Part shown: positions 1 to 9,792 of the stretch, piece after piece
Layout of the letters: each line of letters opens with the position of its first letter
Numbering within the stretch: position 1 is the first letter of the stretch
Source: Enterobacteria phage Kha5h
Reading direction: 5' to 3' (one strand)
Length of the DNA: 64,000 nt
Sequence record: NC_054905.1
The notes under the pieces: generated by a model
What the model saw: only the letters and a program-made list of their open reading frames with translations
The model's database searches: none
What the model was told of the DNA's origin: nothing
Translations under genes and position numbers: made by a program

Positions 1-224
1 TTTTCATAAATAATAAGCGATGATACCATTCCATAATAGTTTCTAATTTCAATATACATCATACCGATAAGAATTCCGCTATTAACACTAATAACAGTAA
101 AAGGATATCCGCCAGTTAAACCAAGAAGTTCACAAAACTTATTATGAGCTGTATTAGACAGTACCGAAAAATTCTTAATTTCATCAAATTTTTTCAATTG
201 ATAAACAGCATTATTTTTAATCAT
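1..224 (-). CDS. hypothetical protein, N-terminal part only (ORF runs off window start)
   Basis: ATG at 222-224 (minus); frame open to position 1; N-terminus MIKNNAVYQLKKFDEIKNF. Confidence 0.4.
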   Translation of the reverse strand, partial: MIKNNAVYQLKKFDEIKNFSVLSNTAHNKFCELLGLTGGYPFTVISVNSGILIGMMYIEIRNYYGMVSSLIIYE

Positions 225-234
225 GATTTTCTCT

Positions 235-738
235 TTAATCTAAAGTAATAAAGCCTTTTAATTCGGCATGTGATTTGCGGAACATTACTTGGTGCCCGCC
301 AATGATAACTTGGTCATCAGGTACTTCGTATACAGCGAGATAAAATCCTTTAGAAGCTAATTCTTCACGCTCTTCTCGTGTGAACCATCTCATCATATCA
401 TATTCGCTAGCGAAAGCAAAATGATAAAGAGCTATAAACCATCCTGGAATATAGTGATCTACGCCTACATATTCTTCTTTCTCAAAATTAGTATTAATTG
501 CTATATTAGCATTTTTAACTAATAATTTGTCTTCATGCGGCACAGGAATTCTTTTATTATCATTACTATGATGCATAAAATTGGGTCTGTCATAACCTAC
601 GCGTAATAACCACTCTTCACTCCATGAATCTATTATACTCCTGTACGGAGTTATTTGAACACAAAGATTTCGACGTATTGTTATAGCATCTTCATAATTA
701 AGAATACTAAACGATGATTCAACACGATAAATTTTCAT
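235..738 (-). CDS. hypothetical protein (167 aa from MKIYRV)
   Basis: Track ORF 235..777; SD GAGGA 8 nt upstream of ATG at 738; early promoter at 766-795 lies inside the longer track ORF. Confidence 0.55.
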   Translation of the reverse strand: MKIYRVESSFSILNYEDAITIRRNLCVQITPYRSIIDSWSEEWLLRVGYDRPNFMHHSNDNKRIPVPHEDKLLVKNANIAINTNFEKEEYVGVDHYIPGWFIALYHFAFASEYDMMRWFTREEREELASKGFYLAVYEVPDDQVIIGGHQVMFRKSHAELKGFITLD

Positions 739-765
739 TTTATTATCCTCAGTAGCTATGGTGTT

Positions 766-795
766 ATAATACCACAACTAACCGAGGAAGTAAAC
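766..795 (-). promoter_or_regulatory. early promoter (GTTTAC-N18-TATTAT)
   Basis: Hexamers read on minus strand upstream of 235..738. Confidence 0.55.
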
Positions 796-801
796 AACTT
801 T

Positions 802-1485
802 TTATCGTTTTGTTGGAAGAGACAGAGGATCGCACTCTTCCTCTGACGGAGCATCTTCAAGACCCATAGCATAGCGCAAAGCATACTTCATCATCAGGAT
901 GTCTTTCGCACAGTCATGAATAGAATCATGTGCAACGAATCCATCTAAGGTTCCCTTTGGAAGAGGACAAGTGGTCATATCACGAACAAGGAGAAGTGCT
1001 TCAATTCTAGTACGAATGTCGCGTTGATTCCAGAATTTACACGGTTCTAACTTAAATGTATCAAGCTCATTCTCGGAAACGCCGTTAAGACGTTGAATAT
1101 CGCGAATGAGATCGACTAAAATTGGAAAATCAAACGACATTCCACGGCACCAACCTTGAGATTTCCAAGGATCGATATTATGTGCATTGATGTAATCATT
1201 AAATTTTGCAATACCGTCAATAGTGCTTACATCTTCATCTGATGGTGCAATATTTTTTCTAGCTTCAGGTGATTGATTTTTCCACCATTCGATAGTGCTT
1301 TTAGTAAAAAGACGATGTCCTTTTTGGCTTTTTAAATCAAATTTGATTTTAATGCCACGTGAAACTAATTCATCAAACGTTTCAACGACTTCTGGATTAG
1401 GGTCAAAAGCAATTACAGCCAAATCAATAACAGCTGCTTTTTCACCACTTCCCATTGTTTCAAAATCTATAATAAAATCAAACAT
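802..1485 (-). CDS. dexA: exonuclease A (DexA), 3'-5' exonuclease
   Basis: 227 aa, same length as T4 DexA; N-terminal FDFETMG exonuclease-type motif; sits next to dda. Confidence 0.8.
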   Translation of the reverse strand: MFDFIIDFETMGSGEKAAVIDLAVIAFDPNPEVVETFDELVSRGIKIKFDLKSQKGHRLFTKSTIEWWKNQSPEARKNIAPSDEDVSTIDGIAKFNDYINAHNIDPWKSQGWCRGMSFDFPILVDLIRDIQRLNGVSENELDTFKLEPCKFWNQRDIRTRIEALLLVRDMTTCPLPKGTLDGFVAHDSIHDCAKDILMMKYALRYAMGLEDAPSEEECDPLSLPTKR

Positions 1486-1760
1486 TAAACTTTCCTCGCT
1501 AAATCGCGAATTTGACCTACAGTATAATCTTGGATATAAACTTTATTAATAGGCTCATCAATAAATTTTGCCATAGATTCAATATCTTTTTGTATCTCTT
1601 CAAGACTGTATACTATCTTTAAAGCTTTTTCGCGAATAGTAATATTTTCAGGACTAGAATTTTCCTCAATGACAGCTTTAACATTTGTCATAAGAGATTT
1701 AAACTGATGCAAACTTAATTCAATCATTAATAACCGCCTTATAAAGATGGCTAATTTCAC
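1485..1760 (-). CDS. hypothetical small protein (start may be an internal Met)
   Basis: Track ORF; C-terminus resembles neighbour 1720..1980. Confidence 0.45.
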   Translation of the reverse strand: MKLAIFIRRLLMIELSLHQFKSLMTNVKAVIEENSSPENITIREKALKIVYSLEEIQKDIESMAKFIDEPINKVYIQDYTVGQIRDLARKV

Positions 1761-1980
1761 CTAAAACATAATCACTGATTGTGACAGTTTTCACTTCACC
1801 ACAAAAGAATTCTAACGCAATTAAATCTCGTTCAATTTCTTCTAATTGAAGCATTAACTTACCAGATTCAATTTTTACATTTCTACGATTTTTACTATAA
1901 GCTATTTCATAAATTTCGCTCACTTTATCTTGAAGTAGATAAAACTGGTCTTTAGTTATTTCCACGAATAGCTTCCTCAA
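1720..1980 (-). CDS. hypothetical small protein, paralog of 1485..1760
   Basis: Track ORF, 86 aa; shared C-terminal motif I-x-DY-x-x-G-x-I. Confidence 0.45.
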   Translation of the reverse strand: MRKLFVEITKDQFYLLQDKVSEIYEIAYSKNRRNVKIESGKLMLQLEEIERDLIALEFFCGEVKTVTISDYVLGEISHLYKAVIND

Positions 1981-2212
1981 ATTTAATTAGTAATTTACAG
2001 ACACTTTCATCTAGTGTAATTACCGTATCTGTATTACTGTGATATGATTGTTTTTCAATTCGTTTAATTGCTAATATAGTATCACTTATAAGATAAAGCT
2101 TATGAAGGAGCTCAGCTCCTGTTACCATAACATCGAGATTATCTTGCTTATTAGTATGCTTCCTTATACCATCTATTAGACGATTTAAATATTTTGAATT
2201 GATGTTAATCAT
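1952..2212 (-). CDS. hypothetical small protein
   Basis: Track ORF, 86 aa, same size class as the two downstream ORFs. Confidence 0.45.
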   Translation of the reverse strand: MININSKYLNRLIDGIRKHTNKQDNLDVMVTGAELLHKLYLISDTILAIKRIEKQSYHSNTDTVITLDESVCKLLIKFEEAIRGNN

Positions 2213-2218
2213 ATAGCC

Positions 2219-3538
2219 TCACACATAAAATACATCATAACGACCACGAGTTACACCAACATAAAGAAGTTGTTGAGCTAATTCAGCATCTGCATAATGA
2301 ATACAAGGTGTATAAATGAAAGCACGGTCTACAGACATACCCTGAGCTTTATGGAATGTTGATGCAGGAAGTGCTTTCACTTTACTGAACTGTGATTTAG
2401 CATCCCAAAAATCACTCCACGGAGCTTTTCCGCCTTTGTTCCAATTTTTATAAGTTTCTGCCGTTTTACCTAAAAATAAATTAAACTTATATAGCTCTTC
2501 ATCAGATGAAATTATTTTAATCTTTTCACGATAATATTCATCATCGCCGTAAGTTTCTACTGTTAAATCCCAATGACGAATTAAGTATTCTCCAGGAACA
2601 CCACGAGCTTTAACAAACGTTGATGTATACTCTGCTTCTATAATACGAACTAATTGTCCGTTATTAAAAATAATTTCTGACACAGGCTTTCCATCAATTT
2701 TATATGTTTTAATTAATGGTTCCTGCATTACAATAATTTCACCAACAATAAAATCTTTATCAGTTTCAAAAATCTTTTTACGAATAATGCTATTTAACTT
2801 GTCAACAGATTTATTCGTAAATGCCATTACGCGATTTTCAAACAAATCATCTAAAGATTTGACGATTGAAAAATAATTTACCATAAAATCGCGTAAAGCG
2901 GTATCACCAGTAAATCCACGTACTCCATGCCCGTCAACAACTTTATCATAAATCCACTTACCGTTACGAACATCAGTAGCTACATCAATAATAGGAGCAT
3001 TACTGCGTTTAACTTCAGTAAGTTCACACTGATAAAAATCTTTGTGTGTAAAGAATGGACTGATATAAGCAGTATTTTCTCCTGGATCAACAGGTCTAAT
3101 TTGCTTATTATCACCTATTCCAATTATAGTACACCAAGGTGGAATAGTTGAAAGCAGAATTTTAAATAGCTTTCTATCATACATTGACACTTCGTCGCAG
3201 ATTAATACCCTGCATTTAGCTAAATCTGGTACTTCCTTCTGCTCAAAGAGGACATTTTCTTCATATGTTACCGGGTTAATTTTGAGAATACTGTGAATAG
3301 TACTCGCTTCTTTCCCTGATAGTTTTGAAAGAATCTTTTTAGCCGCATGAGTAGGAGCTGCTAAAATAATACCAGTTTCACCCGTAGATATTAAAGCTTC
3401 AATGATGAACTTAGTAAGAGTAGTCTTACCAGTACCAGCAGGTCCATTAATAGTTACATGATGTTTCTTTTCTTTAATAGCATTCATAACAATGTTAAAG
3501 ACATTTTTCTGGCCTTCGGTCAAATCATCAAATGTCAT
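2219..3538 (-). CDS. dda: Dda DNA helicase (SF1)
   Basis: 439 aa; Walker A GPAGTGKT; near-identical to T4 Dda as I recall it. Confidence 0.95.
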   Translation of the reverse strand: MTFDDLTEGQKNVFNIVMNAIKEKKHHVTINGPAGTGKTTLTKFIIEALISTGETGIILAAPTHAAKKILSKLSGKEASTIHSILKINPVTYEENVLFEQKEVPDLAKCRVLICDEVSMYDRKLFKILLSTIPPWCTIIGIGDNKQIRPVDPGENTAYISPFFTHKDFYQCELTEVKRSNAPIIDVATDVRNGKWIYDKVVDGHGVRGFTGDTALRDFMVNYFSIVKSLDDLFENRVMAFTNKSVDKLNSIIRKKIFETDKDFIVGEIIVMQEPLIKTYKIDGKPVSEIIFNNGQLVRIIEAEYTSTFVKARGVPGEYLIRHWDLTVETYGDDEYYREKIKIISSDEELYKFNLFLGKTAETYKNWNKGGKAPWSDFWDAKSQFSKVKALPASTFHKAQGMSVDRAFIYTPCIHYADAELAQQLLYVGVTRGRYDVFYV

Positions 3539-3846
3539 CGGAAAGTCCCTGCAATTGGAATACTAACAATACGCCCAGTATCTAGAATTCGTTGATATAA
3601 TCTTTGTGTATCTACATCAGGCTTAACATGTTTAACTTCTATTTTATTAAACCAAAATTTACGTGGAGTCTCAACTAATCTTGGAATTCCCTTACCTAAA
3701 GCTAGTTGATACTGCTCTTTAAGAGTGGTAAATACTTTGTCAGCAATATTCCATTCAAAAAATACAGCAGGACGATGTTCATCAAGCGGAACTGGCGCCG
3801 TAAATCCGTCTTTGTCTCGGTAAACTATCGCATATACATAAACCAT
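3535..3846 (-). CDS. hypothetical protein (dda.1 position)
   Basis: Track ORF 103 aa; start overlaps upstream stop. Confidence 0.5.
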   Translation of the reverse strand: MVYVYAIVYRDKDGFTAPVPLDEHRPAVFFEWNIADKVFTTLKEQYQLALGKGIPRLVETPRKFWFNKIEVKHVKPDVDTQRLYQRILDTGRIVSIPIAGTFR

Positions 3847-3847
3847 A

Positions 3848-4594
3848 TTATCCTCGGATAAGTTTAAAAATTGAACAATTTAGCGGGTATCCTCTTTTTA
3901 ATTTGAGTTTATCAATAAATGATAAGTTTTGAAACCGCTCTACACCTTGAATAATTTTATCACACATATCATATTGCATTTCTGCTTCTGACAACTTTTT
4001 CACAGTTTTCCAATCCGAGCCTTTAAGAAGAACGTTCAATTTAACAACTTCAGCGCCTTCTGCTATACGAGAACCATCAATACGAGCTTTAAGTGCTATA
4101 ATTCTTAGCTTAATGTCAGAGGTCTGTTTTGATTTAGAAAGCTGAGAAATGTGTTCAATTCGGTTTTCACGTTTTTTCTGTATAGCTTTAATTTGATTAT
4201 AAGTCTTTTTGATTTTAGCCCATTTCTTTTCATCTAAATTTAGTTTATGAACTTTTTTCGCAGATGAACGACCAATTCGCAAAGCAAATAAATCACGCTT
4301 TTCAATCAACTCTTCTAAAGTATAATCAGAACGAAATGTATTATACTTTTTCTTTACTGCAATAACATTCCCTTTAATGTATCCAACGTTATTATCAAAA
4401 CGTTCTAATGATAATTTCTCTCCTTCAATACGATTATCAAAAGGTTCTCCCGAGTAAGCGCAAACTTTTTGATCTAAAATGTTCTTAATGTAATTGAAGT
4501 CTAAGTTAAAATCTTTAGAACGTCTTTTTGCAGATGCCTGAGTATGCTCTAAACGACGTTTAATTTTACGAATTTGGTTATTAGACAGCTTCAT
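3848..4594 (-). CDS. basic protein at the srd locus (possible Srd)
   Basis: 248 aa K/R-rich; position between dda.1 and modA as in T4; early promoter at 4631-4660. Confidence 0.5.
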   Translation of the reverse strand: MKLSNNQIRKIKRRLEHTQASAKRRSKDFNLDFNYIKNILDQKVCAYSGEPFDNRIEGEKLSLERFDNNVGYIKGNVIAVKKKYNTFRSDYTLEELIEKRDLFALRIGRSSAKKVHKLNLDEKKWAKIKKTYNQIKAIQKKRENRIEHISQLSKSKQTSDIKLRIIALKARIDGSRIAEGAEVVKLNVLLKGSDWKTVKKLSEAEMQYDMCDKIIQGVERFQNLSFIDKLKLKRGYPLNCSIFKLIRG

Positions 4595-4630
4595 ATTTTT
4601 CTCACATCTTACGGACGGTTAACTACTTAT

Positions 4631-4660
4631 ACTATAACATTTTTACTTTAACCTGTAAAC
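4631..4660 (-). promoter_or_regulatory. early promoter (GTTTAC-N18-TATAGT)
   Basis: Upstream of the srd-locus gene. Confidence 0.55.
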
Positions 4661-4717
4661 AACTTTATGTAAAAATGCTTTAAAAATTTCATGGTATAAT
4701 GAATCTAAGTCCTTCCA

Positions 4718-5320
4718 TTATAGATTAAATCCTTCAAAATCAAGAGTATAGATAGTGTATGTTGAATACTTTTTGTACTCATATCTATCTGCAATTCTAA
4801 ATACACTTCCAGCTGGTATCATTACTTCTTGTTCATCTGAAACTAATTCCATATTACGATAACGATGGCTATCCGGAAACTTAAAGTTTGGATTGTATTC
4901 TTTACAGCGTAGAGCTTTTATAGCATACTCCTGGAAATTGAATACCATAGGAGCTTTGAATTCAAAAATAACTTGTGTGTTATACTCTAAACCGGAAGCA
5001 AAATGTAGAGCTATATTTTTATCATATGAAGCTGATACTACTTTATCAAATGTAATAATATCAATTCCTTGATTTAACACTTGCTTAGTCTCGACTGGAA
5101 CACCTCTCCAAAGAGGTTTATCGTTTGGAACCAAACGAGATTTGATTATTTCATTTAACCAAGTATGGTCATCTGGTTTGTTGGTAATACAATGAATTAA
5201 AAGTTCAATTTCAGATAAATTAAACCCTTCAGAAAGTAATTCTTCACGAATAGAAGCACGCACCGATGCATCCATTGATTTTATTTTAAAATCTTTTAGT
5301 TGCATTACTGAGTATTTCAT
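4718..5320 (-). CDS. modA: ADP-ribosyltransferase ModA
   Basis: 200 aa; R (LWRGV), S-x-S (SAS) and EQE motifs; tandem with modB. Confidence 0.7.
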   Translation of the reverse strand: MKYSVMQLKDFKIKSMDASVRASIREELLSEGFNLSEIELLIHCITNKPDDHTWLNEIIKSRLVPNDKPLWRGVPVETKQVLNQGIDIITFDKVVSASYDKNIALHFASGLEYNTQVIFEFKAPMVFNFQEYAIKALRCKEYNPNFKFPDSHRYRNMELVSDEQEVMIPAGSVFRIADRYEYKKYSTYTIYTLDFEGFNL

Positions 5321-5940
5321 TCAATTACCTCAATATCATAAACTTTAAATGTTCCAAATGAATCGTGTAATTTTTCTTTTGAAATAGAAGTTATTTTATA
5401 CTTTCCAATTGGAATCATCCATTCTTGTTCATGTACAATCATCATTAAGTTATCAGTTCTTTCTGAATCTAACCCATCAGTATCTTCATACGTGTACTTA
5501 AACTCAGTGTTAGGAGAAGAAAGTATAATATCGCTGATATGGTCAGAATAATTAAAAGCTTTATCAGTTTTTAAACGAAGTATTGTTTCAGTGAAATATT
5601 CAGCATAAGAAAAAGAACACGCTGTATGCAAACTAGTAGTAAATGAATCTACTCTGTTCGTTGAAAACACTTCTCCAACTTGTAAATCTTTAATAAGTTC
5701 TTTTGTCGATTTTGATATACCACGATATAATTGATAAGGCGATTTAGTTAAATGCTTTTTAATGATTTTATTCAACTGCCTATGAAGAGCTTCATTCTTT
5801 TTGGCTTCCATACATTGCCAAAGAACAGACTGCTCGAAGTCAGTAAATTTTTCACAGACTTTTTTATACATATCATGTTGAAAATCAACGCTTTCAGCTT
5901 TTATAGATAACTGTTCAACATCTGCAGGATTAATAATCAT
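5317..5940 (-). CDS. modB: ADP-ribosyltransferase ModB
   Basis: 207 aa; YRGI, STN and EQEW motifs; paralog of ModA. Confidence 0.7.
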   Translation of the reverse strand: MIINPADVEQLSIKAESVDFQHDMYKKVCEKFTDFEQSVLWQCMEAKKNEALHRQLNKIIKKHLTKSPYQLYRGISKSTKELIKDLQVGEVFSTNRVDSFTTSLHTACSFSYAEYFTETILRLKTDKAFNYSDHISDIILSSPNTEFKYTYEDTDGLDSERTDNLMMIVHEQEWMIPIGKYKITSISKEKLHDSFGTFKVYDIEVIE

Positions 5941-5966
5941 GATAGCCTCCGTATACTTCAGAAGCT

Positions 5967-5996
5967 ATCATATCATCGTTAGAAAGGAAAGTAAAC
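5967..5996 (-). promoter_or_regulatory. early promoter (GTTTAC-N18-TATGAT)
   Basis: Upstream of modB. Confidence 0.45.
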
Positions 5997-6007
5997 AACT
6001 TTTTGAA

Positions 6008-6190
6008 TTATTTTGCCCAGGGAGCCCAAGGCGGAGGGTCAAGATGGTATGAAGCTAGTTCTTCTAGAAGAGCATCTGGGGCTTCAATTCCATAATTCTG
6101 TAATACTATACGGTACTCTTTCTTATAATCACTAGAATCATTCTGGATATTCGTAGAATGATTATCTTCTAACATCTCAAATAAATCCAT
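6008..6190 (-). CDS. hypothetical small acidic protein
   Basis: Track ORF 60 aa. Confidence 0.4.
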   Translation of the reverse strand: MDLFEMLEDNHSTNIQNDSSDYKKEYRIVLQNYGIEAPDALLEELASYHLDPPPWAPWAK

Positions 6191-6198
6191 ATTAATTC

Positions 6199-6669
6199 CT
6201 AGCGATAAAAACCAAAGTGACGATTAGCTTCAACAATCTTTCTTTCTTCTTCAGACATTCTCCAGCGTAGTCCAACATCAAAATGAGCCCAGACCATCCT
6301 AACAAATGCATTTATATCTTTAATATCTTCAATAATGAATGTTTTACTTTTAGAAGGTTGACTCGCTAATTTAACTTTATCGTCTTCAAACATGTCAAAA
6401 AGACCATATTCATGAGCTCTTTTATAGCCTTTAATAGTTAAAGCTTCAGAAGAAGAAAACGGTGAATCAGTATTCTGCAAAATATCTTCAGTATGCTTTA
6501 TAATTAGAATAATATTTTCTGGATATTTTCTTTCTTTTATATCTTTAATTAAAATATCCGGATTTTCTGCTAAAGGAATAATTAACGAGCAATTTTTATC
6601 AAGTGTATTTACCGATTTACCTTCTTTAGACATAAATTCTATTGAATAATGTTTTGCTACTTCAATCAT
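6199..6669 (-). CDS. hypothetical protein
   Basis: Track ORF 156 aa. Confidence 0.5.
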   Translation of the reverse strand: MIEVAKHYSIEFMSKEGKSVNTLDKNCSLIIPLAENPDILIKDIKERKYPENIILIIKHTEDILQNTDSPFSSSEALTIKGYKRAHEYGLFDMFEDDKVKLASQPSKSKTFIIEDIKDINAFVRMVWAHFDVGLRWRMSEEERKIVEANRHFGFYR

Positions 6670-6826
6670 GGGATTTCCTTTTGCCTACTAATGGACCATC
6701 GGGAATTTTGTTTTCCTGGATATATTTCTCATTTTCTTCCATCATTTTACTACCAATTTTAAGAAGCAAATCCATTGCTTCATTTGCTTTTGCTTTAGCC
6801 TCTTCCAATGTCATATCTTTGCTCAT
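6662..6826 (-). CDS. small ORF (54 aa) below track cutoff
   Basis: Start ATG overlaps upstream stop (ATGA); fills a 150-bp gap; [21 protein letters not shown]... Confidence 0.35.
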   Translation of the reverse strand: MSKDMTLEEAKAKANEAMDLLLKIGSKMMEENEKYIQENKIPDGPLVGKRKSHD

Positions 6827-7026
6827 GATTTATCACCATAGATGTCTCTCATCAATTTAAGCGCTGAGCGTTCTAATTTCTTTTCTTTCTCAACGCTAAT
6901 CATTGATTTCATCCATTCTTCTGATTCATTCTGCATTTCTTTATTTGCTTGTTCAACCCAACCGTCGTCAATGTACATTGAGTTTGGTCTATTGAACCAT
7001 TCAAACATTTTCTTCAGAACTTTCAT
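6823..7026 (-). CDS. hypothetical small protein
   Basis: Track ORF 67 aa. Confidence 0.4.
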   Translation of the reverse strand: MKVLKKMFEWFNRPNSMYIDDGWVEQANKEMQNESEEWMKSMISVEKEKKLERSALKLMRDIYGDKS

Positions 7027-7486
7027 TTGTTTTACCTAAAACAACAGTAGGAGCATCATCAAATTCATGAATTTTTAGCAAATTTGGATGTAAACTATTC
7101 CATACAGAAGAAATAAAGTATGATAACGCATCTTCACTCGCAATTATAAATTTGTTTCCTTTGTCTATTTTCCAGTTATATACTGAATCGTACGAATAAA
7201 AAGATAAGGGTTTATCATTATATTGTTCTGCGCTAACATTAATGTATTCGGATTTAGTAAATGCTTCAATTGCTCTAAATGGAATATTTGGTACAGTTTC
7301 AATAATTCCGATCTTTTTAAGTTTTATTTCAGCATCTTCTGGAACTGGCATTGAAACGAAATTTTCTACGAGATACATTGGGTCACAATAACCCTTATCA
7401 ATCATTACGGCTACAGTAATTGGAACATCTTTAGCAAACGACATGCTATTACTGCTAATATACATTTCAAACAAAATCGCTTCCAT
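7001..7486 (-). CDS. hypothetical protein at the mrh locus (161 aa from second Met)
   Basis: Track ORF 7001..7498; position between modB and soc. Confidence 0.45.
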   Translation of the reverse strand: MEAILFEMYISSNSMSFAKDVPITVAVMIDKGYCDPMYLVENFVSMPVPEDAEIKLKKIGIIETVPNIPFRAIEAFTKSEYINVSAEQYNDKPLSFYSYDSVYNWKIDKGNKFIIASEDALSYFISSVWNSLHPNLLKIHEFDDAPTVVLGKTNESSEENV

Positions 7487-7494
7487 AATTTTCC

Positions 7495-7836
7495 TCAATC
7501 ACAAGATGTAGATGAACAACTAGAATCACAAGAACTTCCGCATGAATCGCCCGTCCATACATGAACAGGAACATTAGTATCATATGAATCAGAACTAGAT
7601 CGTGTATTCTGTGTGTTAGATGATGTAGTAGGTGTTGACCAGCGCCAAGGATTTTTATAATATTCTTGGGCTTCTTCATAAGTCATAGTAACTGCTTCTA
7701 CTGTTCCATCTCCCATATAAACATACTCAACTACAGTTAAAGGAAGGTAGTCATTTGAAATAGGAACTACACCTTCCCCAGGAGTCGTAGAGAAAAAATC
7801 CGTAAAGAAACTTTTAAACCAATTAAAGATAAACAT
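7495..7836 (-). CDS. hypothetical protein with Ser/Cys-rich C-terminal tail
   Basis: 113 aa; C-terminus [17 protein letters not shown]. Confidence 0.5.
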   Translation of the reverse strand: MFIFNWFKSFFTDFFSTTPGEGVVPISNDYLPLTVVEYVYMGDGTVEAVTMTYEEAQEYYKNPWRWSTPTTSSNTQNTRSSSDSYDTNVPVHVWTGDSCGSSCDSSCSSTSCD

Positions 7837-8042
7837 TACAAAAAGCCTCTCTTAAATTCGACTTGCTTCTCGCCATAATCATATCGAATCTCTGCATTAA
7901 ATTCGACAGAACCATCTGCGTACATCATAAATGAATGTACAACAACTTCTGTAGACCATGGCTGTAGTTCATATTTCTTCATTACATGCCGTGAAATGAT
8001 AATATCTAAATCTTCATTTGGTTTAATCCAGCGATTTAACAT
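7836..8042 (-). CDS. hypothetical small protein
   Basis: Track ORF 68 aa; early promoter 8069-8098 upstream. Confidence 0.45.
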   Translation of the reverse strand: MLNRWIKPNEDLDIIISRHVMKKYELQPWSTEVVVHSFMMYADGSVEFNAEIRYDYGEKQVEFKRGFL

Positions 8043-8068
8043 AGTGCTCTCCTCTATAAGATAATTCT

Positions 8069-8098
8069 ATTATACCATACTCATTTTGGAAAGTAAAC
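8069..8098 (-). promoter_or_regulatory. early promoter (GTTTAC-N18-TATAAT)
   Basis: Consensus hexamers directly after the soc terminator. Confidence 0.65.
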
Positions 8099-8112
8099 CG
8101 TTTAAATGAAAA

Positions 8113-8134
8113 AAGGACTCCCGAAGGAGTCCTT
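8113..8134 (-). terminator. tetraloop hairpin after soc
   Basis: AAGGACTCC-CGAA-GGAGTCCTT (UUCG loop on mRNA). Confidence 0.6.
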
Positions 8135-8140
8135 GAATTA

Positions 8141-8377
8141 TTAACCACCTATTTCTGTAGGCGTAAACATTGCAGCATTCTTAGTTTTCCAGTCAGCTGC
8201 ATCAGAAACTACAGTAGAATATGCCGCCTTTTCAGAAGGAAAGGTCTGATAATAAGAATCTGCAATACGATGCTCGTTAGAATAGATTTCAAATGGAACA
8301 GAAACTTCCATACCTTTAACTTCTTTGCCTTCACCTGCTGGATGAGTAAAGGTCTTGATGTTAACGAAACCACCCAT
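8141..8377 (-). CDS. soc: small outer capsid protein Soc
   Basis: 78 aa; VNIKTF and YQTFPSEKAAYSTV match Soc; late promoter TATAAATA upstream; hairpin downstream. Confidence 0.75.
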   Translation of the reverse strand: MGGFVNIKTFTHPAGEGKEVKGMEVSVPFEIYSNEHRIADSYYQTFPSEKAAYSTVVSDAADWKTKNAAMFTPTEIGG

Positions 8378-8408
8378 AATAAACTCCTTTATTGTTTAAT
8401 TACAAGTG

Positions 8409-8416
8409 TATTTATA
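8409..8416 (-). promoter_or_regulatory. late promoter TATAAATA for soc
   Basis: Exact TATAAATA on minus strand ~30 nt upstream of soc ATG. Confidence 0.6.
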
Positions 8417-9263
8417 AACCATTTTCAAACCTCTTTATCATATTTATATAGTTTTCATCGGGATAACCTAGACTAACTGCTAACTTTCTAAAATTGACAT
8501 ATTTAGGTTTGTTGTTATTAATCCATAATTCTCTAAGCTCTTTTTCATAATTCCATTTAAGTTGATTTCTGCGTGCAGTTTTGCTTAAAGTTTTTCCTTT
8601 AGCTTTTAAAGCTTTTTCGGATGATTGTTTTAATTTTTGAATATTTAAAACTTCTTCTATAGATAAATTATTTTCCTTTGAATACCTTATGCAAAAATCT
8701 TTTACTACGGCTATTAGGCAATTTTTGTGAGTACCTAAAATTTCTGGGTTATTTTCTTCAACTAAAATTCCCCAATATCTTCGGTAGCGAGGCATATCCC
8801 TTGAAATCCAGTCATTATACCAAAAATCAAAGTTGGAATACATGAAAGATTTTCTTTTGCGAAGAGTATCTTGGTTTATCCATTGCTCACGTTTATCAGC
8901 CCATAACTTAATAGTAAAGTCTTTCTCTAAGTCAGAAAGCTTCTTAAATTGCGAGCTATTTACTGAGGTCATTCTCTGGAATGCATTCAGCAATCCAAAT
9001 CTTCCAGTTGAACATAAGAGATAGTGAACATATATGTGTTGATATATTGGGAGATATACTCTATTCCAAGGATATATTTTAAAATCACTATACTCAGGAA
9101 ATGCGCATTTAGGAAGTATATGATGGGCTTCTGTTTTAGATTTAATGTGAGTGTTTAACTTATACTTATCTATAATTTTTAAGTACTCATCTAAAAGTTC
9201 CCATTGCGGGAACTTTTCTTTAAGAGCAGATTTGAAATTAATATCCATTATCTTGACGTTCAA
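8412..9263 (-). CDS. HNH-family homing endonuclease (free-standing)
   Basis: AHHILPK ... WNRV ... QHIYVH (H-N-H); basic C-terminal tail; 5' end overlaps 3' end of gene 56. Confidence 0.6.
   Translation of the reverse strand: MNVKIMDINFKSALKEKFPQWELLDEYLKIIDKYKLNTHIKSKTEAHHILPKCAFPEYSDFKIYPWNRVYLPIYQHIYVHYLLCSTGRFGLLNAFQRMTSVNSSQFKKLSDLEKDFTIKLWADKREQWINQDTLRKRKSFMYSNFDFWYNDWISRDMPRYRRYWGILVEENNPEILGTHKNCLIAVVKDFCIRYSKENNLSIEEVLNIQKLKQSSEKALKAKGKTLSKTARRNQLKWNYEKELRELWINNNKPKYVNFRKLAVSLGYPDENYINMIKRFENGL
8441..8448 (-). promoter_or_regulatory. second late-promoter-like TATAAATA
   Basis: Exact octamer inside the 3' end of the HNH gene. Confidence 0.35.
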
Positions 9264-9756
9264 AATTATGTTTGTTCTTCAGATAATAAAGTTTAAAGAT
9301 TTCTTCAGCCGTAAGACCGAGACCTTGGAACATGTTCAGAACGAAATGAAGAATATCAATCATTTCGAATTTAATTTCCAACTGGTCTTGTGGAGACAAA
9401 TCAGTAATTAAAGTTTCACGACGTTCACCATGTTGAGCTTTCCAAGGCTTCCATACAGCAGATGCATCTTTTTCGCCATTGCTCATACCACCAAGAGAAG
9501 TCAATAGTTCGCGGAATTCATCATCAATATAATCTTTCTGATTACGCAGCCAATCAACAACTTCACCCGCAGTAGCCAAATCATCAGGATGACGGTTATA
9601 TTCAGGTTTATCTTTAGCTAAACGAACCTGAAGAGATTTCTGCATATCAAGCATAACTTGCAGCGGGTCTTTTTCATCACCGAGAATATCCCAGTATTCA
9701 TTTTGAGCTTTATCAGCGCCTTCAATCAGTTGACTACATTCGTTGAAATGTGGCAT
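9238..9756 (-). CDS. 56: dCTPase/dUTPase gp56
   Basis: 172 aa; recognised as T4 gp56; MotA-box middle promoter upstream. Confidence 0.85.
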   Translation of the reverse strand: MPHFNECSQLIEGADKAQNEYWDILGDEKDPLQVMLDMQKSLQVRLAKDKPEYNRHPDDLATAGEVVDWLRNQKDYIDDEFRELLTSLGGMSNGEKDASAVWKPWKAQHGERRETLITDLSPQDQLEIKFEMIDILHFVLNMFQGLGLTAEEIFKLYYLKNKHNFERQDNGY

Positions 9757-9792
9757 GTTATTTTTCCTTTCAATTCATGGGTTAGTAGATTA

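Noticed and set aside
1295-1549. Plus-strand ORF (84 aa) antisense to dexA
   Set aside because: Lies inside a well-supported minus-strand gene with no SD or promoter; typical AT-rich antisense frame. The same applies to most other plus-strand track ORFs (for example 2927..3151, 13276..13506, 23872..24288, 26284..26667, 34894..35789).
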